This document shows positions 41,501-52,100 of a DNA stretch of 64,000 bases, piece after piece. The number at the start of each line of letters is the position of its first letter. Within the stretch, counting starts at the first letter, position 1. Made by a program: the position numbers and the translations under genes. Under the pieces are notes generated by a model. It saw only the letters and a list, made by a program, of their open reading frames with translations, was not told the origin of the DNA and made no database searches. The DNA comes from Glycera tridactyla (taxonomy: Eukaryota): positions 80,600,001 to 80,664,000 of the forward strand of contig OZ286459.1 of assembly GCA_965644265.1 (NCBI GenBank). Direction: 5' to 3'.

Positions 41501-44500
41501 CATGTGATCTCATCATCTTCCTGTAGCAGTCAAGTATTGGACATGCTGTAGTCAGAAGCAGAAAACCTGACCTCATTGGTATTCACTCCTGCATCTGGAG
41601 TGTCACGACCTGATACTCCACAGACAAGTGAGATGTGGATTTCAGTCTTAAACGCTTAGTGTGAAGACGATGTGTAGAGGTCATAAGAGTCTTAACCCCA
41701 CAAGCCCCACAAAAAAGAAACCATTCCTGTACATGCATGAAAAATCCTTCCTTACATTTTGATAATATTCCCCATGAAATAAGGTTGAAGGTTTCATAGA
41801 GAAACCACCTTGTGATGAAACCACCTTGAATGATAAACTAGCAGTCTTATGGGAGTCTCTTGTCAGAGGTGCTTTTGACTCAGCCAAAAAGGTGCTTTCA
41901 AAAAGCAGTCTCACAAAACAGGTGGTCTCAGTTACCACAGTAAAATCCAGAGATTGTGTCCCCTGAATTAGAGATGTCTCATATTCCGAAGCAGGGTAGA
42001 ATAAGTATTTGAAGTTGGGGGTAAAGCCATAGGGAAATTCTGCAAAATTCCAATAATGACACATGCCGACTCACCTCTGGACTGGGGACAGTGCTAACAG
42101 CTCCACATGTATCCTGCGCCAATTGAGCATAGTCACGTGTCAACTGGTTTGCCAGCGTTCCAAGCTCAGACACGTTTGTTCCAGACTTCCCCACCTGCAA
42201 AAGAATGGAGAAGAACAATATCAACACCTGTATGGTGATCATCAAAAATAAACAAATAAGTTGCATGATTTTTTCTACATGATTTTTCGTGTTCAACTTT
42301 AAGTTATATGATTGATTTTGACCATTAGAGTGATAGGAAGTGGGTCAAGCTGTCAGCCGTTCTCATTGGAATCACATGATCGATCTTAACCAATGACATG
42401 ATAGTAAAGTGGGTCAAGCTGTCACATGGTCTTATCAGCCTTATCAGGCCACTGACATCCACTTCTCATGATTCTGCCTATGGAAGCACCCCCTCGCAGG
42501 AACAGGAGCAGTAAATCTCTGAGTTGGTGCACTGGTGATTCAAAGCTTTACAAATGATTTCATCCAAAAAAAATCAAATCAATGATTCAATGTCATTATC
42601 ATTATTATCCGTATCATTTTTATCACGAGTTCAAGATATGGTTATCATTCCTAATGTTGGAATAAATAATGATCGTACATATTGCTGTAATATTATCAAG
42701 TTTTCATCAAGATATCTAAGTACAATCCACATCTATGTCAAAAAGATTACAACGAGTGATAATTGAACTGTATCTATAAATACATGTACACACATGACCT
42801 TCATGGGATCACATTTAATCTGAACATGTTTCACATCTTCAATGACTTACAACTCATACATGGAACATAAAGCTGGTCACAATGATACAGCTGCTGATAT
42901 GATATTGATAAACAATTCTTCAGAATCTCACTAGTTACTATGGAGACCACAGTCTTGAGAATACATATGACAGTACTGACGTATTTGTCATCTCCAAATT
43001 ATGTACAGTAAAACCTGTCTTAAGTGAAAAGTCACGGGACCAAATTTTCCTTCCAGGGTTTTGCTTAGCGCAGGACAATTATAGTGAGAAAAAAACATCC
43101 GGGCAGACCGTGGGGTATGTGCTTAAGACAGGATTTTGCCTAGCGCAGGTTTACACTCAAGCAGGTTTTACTGTATATTCACCTCAGCTGTGATAACAAA
43201 ACAAAAAATTATTTTGAGCTTGCCATATTTGATCTAGAAATTGCTGGAGGATGAGATGATACAGGAAGTCTTTCATCACCGAGGTTTCTACCTCACATAA
43301 GAAGCAGTTTCTAAAGCCACATGATTACATGGGAGAGGCCTCAGCCGAGACCTGGGGCCATGCATTGAGAAGGAAGTGTGCACTCTAATCGGCCTAACAT
43401 TTGATCAATGATGCAATCTCGGCTGAACAGAATGAGGCTAACTAAGAAGATTGTTTTGGAGGCGGCGGGGTTTTTCGTCATTAGGGAGCAGTATATCAAG
43501 CTGCAACATCTGCTAGCCACTAAGATAGAATCAATGATGCATGCAAAATCTCCGTCTTTGACAGTTCCCAACAAATCGGGGATCATGCCTCTGTCAGATC
43601 AGCACCTGCATCTAAACTTCACCCTACATTCACTGATGAATCATAGAACTCACTTATAAATCTAATGAAATATGGTTTAAATGACTATTTTTCTCTCACA
43701 AATGATTTCATAATCACCCCCTTCCCAATAAAATAAAGGTGCTCGTGGTACAATCAATCTATCAATCATTTATACCAAATGCTACTAGCCTATCAATCTC
43801 ACGTAATACACAAGACAAGAGCATTGCTATATGGAGATAACATAGATTATTCAATTTTTCAGAGCCGATGCTATCTGAAATAAAAACAATCAGTACAAAT
43901 AGGAACCAGAAAAGTCAGTACAATTGGACCCAATTATGGAAACCCATGAGAAAAGAAAAATAACTTCAGCTAAATACGAAACACCACAGAAACAGGACAC
44001 AGAACACACTGTGTTAATCAGAAACTCGTTAGCTATATCTATTATGCGTTCATTTGGTATATTAGTAAATGAAAAATCACAAAAAAGTGACTATACTCAG
44101 GTTACAGAATGAAAATCAAGTTATGAACAGATAATTTCAGGATAATTTCAGACCATAATCATAACAAGATACAACCAGAGATAATGAGATATAATAAGCA
44201 AATCCAATCACAGATCTGTAAGTGAAAATGCCCAAACACATGCATGATGACATAACAACATCCGATTGTATACCATCACCCGAAACTTAACTGAGGCATT
44301 GAATGGATGGTGCCTGGGGTTGGGTAGGGAGAGGTACAAAGCAGGTTGGATTCTAGAGAGTAATCACGAGCATTTGAAGACCAGGAACAGGTGACGATAT
44401 GATATTCTGTGATATTCAGCAAATAATGATACATAGCCCTCCCATTTTAAGATATGATATTCTGTGATATTCAGCAACTAATGATACATAGCCCTCCCAT

Positions 44501-46064
44501 TTAAAGATATGATATTCTGTGATATTCAGCAACTAATGATACATAGCCTTCCCATTTTAAGATATGATATTCTGTGATATTCAGCAACTAATGATACATA
44601 GCCCTCCCATTTTAAGATATGATATTCTGTGATATTCAGCAACTAATGATACATAGCCCTCCCATTTTAAGATATGATATTCTGTGATATTCAGCAACTA
44701 ATGATACATAGCCCTCCCATTTTAAGATATGATATTCTGTGATATTCAGCAACTAATGATACATAGCCTTCCCATTTTAAGATATGATATTCTGTGATAT
44801 TCAGCAACTAATGATACATAGCCCTCCCATTTTAAGATATGATATTCTGTGATATTCAGCAACTAATGATACATAGCCCTCCCATTTTAAGATATGATAT
44901 TCTGTGATATTCAGCAACTAATGATACATAGCCTTCCCATTTTAAGATATGATAGTCTGTGATATTCAGCAACTAATGATAGATAGCCCTCCCATTTTAA
45001 GATATGATATTCTGTGATATTCAGCAACTAATGATACATAGCCCTTCCATTTTTAAGAGATCCTGACAATGAAATGGTTGCAAATTGCCAAATCCACTCA
45101 TGTTGTTTTATGCTATTGAATTAGCCTGATATGACAGTTAAGTTATCATATATTTGCATTTAGAGGTCATAGTTTACTCTAATCTTGAAATTTAACAAAC
45201 TGTAGGGTATTTGACAAAATACTTATATGCCTACACAAAGAAGCAGCCAAATATTTTGCTGCTTTTACAGTAAAAATCAAGAAGAAATACCAAAGCAGGA
45301 AATGAATAATTTACAGACACGTCATTCGACGATTATCTTTTATAATGAATGAAATCTTCATAGTTATAAAGAAGTCTGTTGAATAAACTTCAAGTTGGAA
45401 CACGTGTGTAGTGAGAAATCCCTTGGGACTCTTAAGCACCAAGAAGATGAACATGAAAGAATGAGAATCAAAGACTTGATGTGTCTATACACCAATTTGA
45501 TTCAAATTTGGTGATAAACACATGCTGATAGATTGAAAGTGACCCATGTGTGGAAGCAATAGGCCTCCCATTCATGCAGAAAATTGAAGTGGAAATGATG
45601 ACCAAGTGACAACAAATTACATTATCTGAGACAAAATGATCCAGGAAAGATAAATAGATAGATATAAGTTAGCCAAAATTTAGCTATTTGGTAGCTCAAT
45701 TGCTCTATATACTGGAATATGAGTTGAAGTTTTTGAGAGCGAAAATCTCCCAAAAAGTACAGCATTCTCGACATACAGGATTCCGTAGTCCCATTCATAA
45801 ATCATGCCACCTTACTGTAGAATACAGGAGAATCTATTAAAGGTTTATAGGAAGGTAGGGAAGGATGGAAGGTGTGAGGAACGAGGCATGGAGGAGGGGA
45901 GGGGTGGGATATGCATGACTGAGGATTTTCCACGGAAACGGAAATACGTGAACCCACCATGAACGTAGTTAACTGCGCCAAATGTTGAGTATGACTTGCC
46001 ATGCTCATCTAACGGAAAGTACAAGTGAAACGTAAGACAGACAAAGCAAAAAATAACACACATG

Positions 46065-46140
<76 letters not shown>

Positions 46141-49100
46141 AAATATGTAATGAGATATCAACCAAAATAATGAAACATAACATGCAGAGTTGCATCCAGG
46201 ATATCCCAAATTTAGGGCATTTCCACCTAATATTTCAAAGACTAGAGCATTTCTTCATGAAATCTTGGTTTACTGAATGGGTCGTAACTGTGACTTCGGC
46301 TGATTGCAGAAGACGCTGCATTATGACCCCCCCCCCCTTCCCAACTGTCTTGAAAAGGGCCCCACACCCAATAGATGTGTAAAATGCCCCCATATCTGGA
46401 TGCAAATCTGCAGATAGAAAAATGAAAGATAAAAAGGCAAACAGCTATATACAAATCATTCATAGTATCGAGTTTCAAAATTGATACACATAATTTTCAG
46501 AGCCATATTCCTCTACAACACTCATGTACAAACAAAACAGGATTCACTACATTCATTCTATATTTCTGTAAGCCAAAAAAAAAAGTGGGAGAATTCTGAA
46601 TCTTTCTAAGAAATATTGCCATCATCAGGATTACACTTTTTTGTAATTCAGGATGAAACATGCACCGTTGATCAAGCATATCCAAAAATTGGGCAGCTTT
46701 CCTATTTGACAATGAGAGCATCTCTTTATAGAGACCACACTTTGGTGAATTTCAGAGTGGTCTCTCATTGGAGGTTCCACTGTACTATTTTTCAGCAGAT
46801 TGTGATAATTTGCCTTTTTCAAATTAAAAATGAGAACATGAGCATTAGATGAATATGACAGCTCTTGCTGCAAGAAATCACCATTCATTAGGACTAATGC
46901 GGAACTAAAAAGAAAATGCGGCTAAAACATGAAATAAACTGACGTAGCATGAAGAGGACAAAAATTGCATTCAAAGCTGAAAAATGAGAGGAAACAAAGA
47001 GATTGTGAGAACTACAGATTGTGAACATACAAAGCAACAACTCATGTTCATCCTGAGAATAGATTGAATATGGACAATTCTAACCACTCATTCAGTTACA
47101 AGAACTATCCCTCATGCTACAGGGTATCTTTTCAAGATGCAAATATTTCAGAAATCCAAAATCTCAAAGAATTCCAAAAACTACATGGTCAAATTGATAT
47201 TATTATCAACGATGAAACATGGTTTCCTGACCAACACAAATCACATCATCTTTCAGATTTGACAAAAAAATCATTACTTTTTCACTACCTCAATTTCCAA
47301 ATATCCATGTTTTTCTTCTATTAATCAAGCTACTGAAATCACTTGCAGTATGGAATTGACACAGAAAAAATCCACCTTCTGATCAATTCCATACGCATGT
47401 ACATTCTCACAATCTCGAAATGTAGCTCTGAGATAGGACGAGAAAGAACACCTACAGTGCAATACAACCGTATGTCATACAAACATGATACATTCAGCGT
47501 CGCGTCTAATCAAATAAAAGTATGAGTAACACTTAACGCAACAAAAGGTCACCCTGCCTGCAGACACCTGATAGCTGATACATCCTCACGCCCCAACTGA
47601 ATTTGTTTCCAACCATGCATGATTCAACATTTATATTGAATCAACATGCACTTAATAGTGGTACAAAATTTCCACACTTAATCACACAATGTGCGTCTGT
47701 TGATATTGAGTTCACAATAAATCCAAAAATCCAAAAATGGGGGAGTTGACTCAATAGCAGCTACAGTATATGCGGATGGGAACATTGATGACAGAAAACA
47801 CACAAACAAGACCAACAAGGTGAGATCTAGGAGGAAGATGGTAGTATAATATACATACACGTACACTGTCGGTAATCTCTAAAATCTAATGTTCAACAGG
47901 GCAAAAATGCAACCAATCAGGGAATTATGCTACCATAATGCAAGGGGCATCATTGAAGACACCATATAATTAGAGAGGTTCTTGACACAGGTTATGCAGC
48001 CTATCTATGGAACCTATCTAGTGAATTCGTACTTTTCTTCTGCAATAGAGACTTTTAAAGAAAATTTTGACTCTGAATTGAATTTCCCATTGAAATGTAC
48101 TACATCTGGTAAGCGCATTTGCCAAAAGTTGGTGAAAGGGTCCAGGTGGATTAACCCCGAAATCTTCTCAATCTTTCACGAAAATCACCGTGAGTAATGG
48201 AGTAACTTCTACTCCGAGAGATTTTTTTCGCTTGTGTTCCCCGAATAAATCTGATATCTGGATACACGTCCTGGATTTGGGAAATGAGATTGCTTGTCTT
48301 GGTAAGCCAAATGACCAAGAGATCCATTCATGGAGGCAGATTCACCTCCCACAAGTCCTGATTTCAAATATTTCCATGCTCCCATCTCCTGAAGCTGATC
48401 TGAGACAAAAGCATAAGAACAATGCACCCCGATGGTGAAATGCACCGAATCAAAACTTGTAAGTTGCAATTCCATCAAGGCCAAAGTCGATGTCACATGC
48501 AAACGATGAGCATGAAATAGCATCAATTATTCCAAATTAGATAAATCCAGAATAAGAGTTTTGTCAATAGCTATTTGTGTATTTGAATCCAAAAATGATG
48601 CTGAAACAACCACATTCTGAGAATTCAAATGCAAATAATTTGACAAAATCAATAATTTGATAATGCACAGGCATTTTGAGCAGAAAAATAACTAAATTTG
48701 ACACTGCTTGTATCCGAAAAGCTAAAATGGACTACCATAGATTGACCAAGAATTCCATCCAAAACCAAGAATATGAACTTCAAAATCCATGTCTGAAATT
48801 TTTCTCATTAAATAACAGAAATTCACACAATCAGGTACATGCAAAAGAGAATATACGATGCCATCAAAAATTCCAAACAATTAACCTTCAAACATATCTG
48901 AGAATCTTGCAAACAATCAAATGTTTGTAGCACGCTGTGAAACTTGCACATTCATTTCACTAAACTAGAACTGGTTCCACTACTAGGGCTTGTCAAATTT
49001 ATTTCATACAATCATGACCTATGGAGTTTGAATGAAATGCACAAAGGGCCATGCACAATGTACCACAGATAGTATCAGCACTGTACCTCGGTCATTGAAT

Positions 49101-52100
49101 ATTCAATTATGATGTATATGAACTTATATTGCAAGGTTTCACTGTTAACATGACACCTCATTGCGTAAATGCGACGTCGAAATTACCACCCGGCTGCAGT
49201 ACATCACGGCAGCATTGAAATTCATGATAGTGTGATTAAAGAAGTGGCAATTATGATTATTATCACTGTAGGAGCTAAACCACTTCAATATCACTCATCT
49301 ATAAGGTAGGTCAATGCTGATACATGTAAGTGTCAACTGTAGTCATTGACTACCAAGAACACTCAATTGCCGTGACTTCTTCCAACTGCGGATGGGTGGT
49401 GATGTCAATATTAGCCTGAATTCCTGGAGAGATGTATTCCGAACAACTGACAAGAGTTTTCGTTGATCACAATGTATATCAATGGAGTGAGCCAAAATTC
49501 TTATTTTCAAAGATGTTGGGGGTAGATTTTGACTTATTCAAGTAGGACGACAGCAGGGTGAAGAATGAACTTTCATACTTGTCCACTCAAGAAAATTCAA
49601 TCAGTCACCACTGATGGTGGCCTTTGTAGGCAGGTAACCATTGTATAGAGGTGGTCCCTCAAGCAGGTTCAAATGTATCCGCCAATCAAACTGCCAAACA
49701 AGGGCCTTTGAGCAATACAATTCATTTTCAAAAGCTATTAAGTCAATTGAAATTGCGATGAATTTCATTCAGCTTTCTGACCAATTATACAATGACACGG
49801 AAGCCTATGGAATCCATCATCACTAATCTGATGCGGTGCGACAGGGCAGATAACGATAACATAATATAGCCGGAGTATACATACCATATCCTGTGCAGTT
49901 CGGGCAATCTGTTTGGCATTTCGGACTAGATTGGTTTGGAAGTCAACATACGAAATATGTTCCGGCACTGTTATACGTTCATCAGTCTGGAAAACAAAGA
50001 AAGTTAATCAAATCATTTCAAAGACTTTTGCCTGCTACATTTACAGCCTGCGCATCTGGATAGATGCATCCAATGGTTTGGCTACCAATATGAAGACTTG
50101 AAGCCAAGTGTGATGTTCGAGATGAAAGCAAGGCTCACGGATGAAGTCAATCCTCTTGTAGGTTTCCATTGCAATCTGAATTTTCACATTGATCATATTC
50201 TGGCTAATTGCAAATATGACTGTCTGTTTGAAATTGTATCAGAAACAGTGAAACATTTCATATACCCTTGATACATAATGTCATTATGTAATCTACCAAA
50301 ATGAACGTTTATTCTGATCTGCAGGTGGATAATTCAGTGGCTGATCTGGTGATCTTTTTTTAAGCACCGCAGTGCCCTGCCATTAGAACAACCTGGAACG
50401 TACCTTTGCTACTGATTTCGCCAACGACTCAATCATGGCACTGACCATTCCTGCCGCAGAGGCTGCTTCTTCTATCGTTTGTAGGAGTTCTTGCAACGAT
50501 TCACGCAAACTCTCGGCAGATTCTTCGATGGATTTGTGCAACTGTGTTGACTTCCTGTTGCCAGCTCCCTCCTTTGCCACCATCGTCAGCTGCAACGCTG
50601 ACTCTGCCACAGTTTTTGTCTGATCCAATATGGCCATTTGTCGTTTGGAATTTACTGTTTTCGATGCATTACCAATAGCTGCCGTTGAAAGAGGATCGAC
50701 ATAGCTTGCTATCCTTGAGGACTGGTGACCCAGTTTCTCAGCTTCACTCTTAGCTGCACACACAAATGGGTCGATAAGATCAAGAAGCTGCCGAACACTT
50801 TCCAACATTTGATCCTGGTATCCCTGATGGGAGTTGCCAACCTGGGGTTCTAGACTCTGGCTGACGGCACACAAAGAGGCTCGGTCCAGGTTGTGTATCG
50901 AGGATTTGATTTTTTCCACAGACTTCTCGCACTCCAACTGGCCTGGTGATTGACCTCTGAAAAAGATAGAAAACACAATGGATATTAGTGTGTATAGACN
51001 NNNNNNNNNNNNNNNNNNNNNNNNNNNNNNNNNNNNNNNNNNNNNNNNNNNNNNNNNNNNNNNNNNNNNNNNNNNNNNNNNNNNNNNNNNNNNNNNNNNN
51101 NNNNNNNNNNNNNNNNNNNNNNNNNNNNNACTTGCTCGAGTGAAAACCTGTACATTTCATAGGTTCATCTTTATCAGGTGATGCAGGTGAAGGTATGAAT
51201 GAACTAACTGCTACTTCAATTTCACTAACTTTTTTGGCTACCCTTCAGCTGAGTTTGGGTCTGTGAGAGTGATGCCTGCTGAGGACAGCGCATCAAACTC
51301 TGATTCCTCTGGAGCATGGAGCATACAAAATCTTGAAGGTTGAGAAAGGCTGTTGAACACCCACCAAGCGGCATTTGTCCTTCAAAAAACCTTAAGATCA
51401 ATACTTGCAGAAGACTCGGTCTCCATGCAGTGTAAACAATCAAACATTGCAAAGAAGATGTGCTCGCTTGTATAACGCATATTAGCCTAATAATGGAAGT
51501 GGCTGCGATATCAGATGGCGCCTTGTACCGAAAAAAGTTAATGGCATTTGGAAGTAGCAGGCTCTGTGGCCATCAAGGACATTTAAAGGTCAAAGGTCAG
51601 CTAGTGATTAGATTAAGATGCCCCTAAGGAGCATGATGCACACGTTACACTGTTTGCGTTGGCCACTGATCAATAGAGCAGAGCCCCACGCAAGCGTTTG
51701 TATCTCATCGACTGCCGACACTCGTCACGGCAATGTATTGAATTCACGCTTCCTGAATAGGACACCAGAGGGCAATAGAGAGTGTTATACGCCAGTGGCT
51801 GAGGTCAGAGTTGAGTGGCTAAGTGGTGTACATCTCCATAGCAACCGGTGACAATAAACACTAATGCAACCAATATTAGAGAAAAGCATCTCCAGCAACC
51901 TGTCACCCTACCAGCCCTTACACCTTCAATACGACTTCACCACAATTATTTGTTATAGTACATCATTCCACATAATGGGCTGGTGTAATGCCATTATTCA
52001 TGTACTTCCATTTCGTATTCAAGGTTCCGCACGTCAATACGACAGGAATTATGGTCCTGGGTGAAAAAACTGCAATAATATCTCCCAGGGTGGATGTGGT

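Noticed and set aside
44396-45056. CRISPR-like array
   Set aside because: The units are contiguous and near-identical with no unique spacers, there are no cas genes, and the context is a eukaryotic intron
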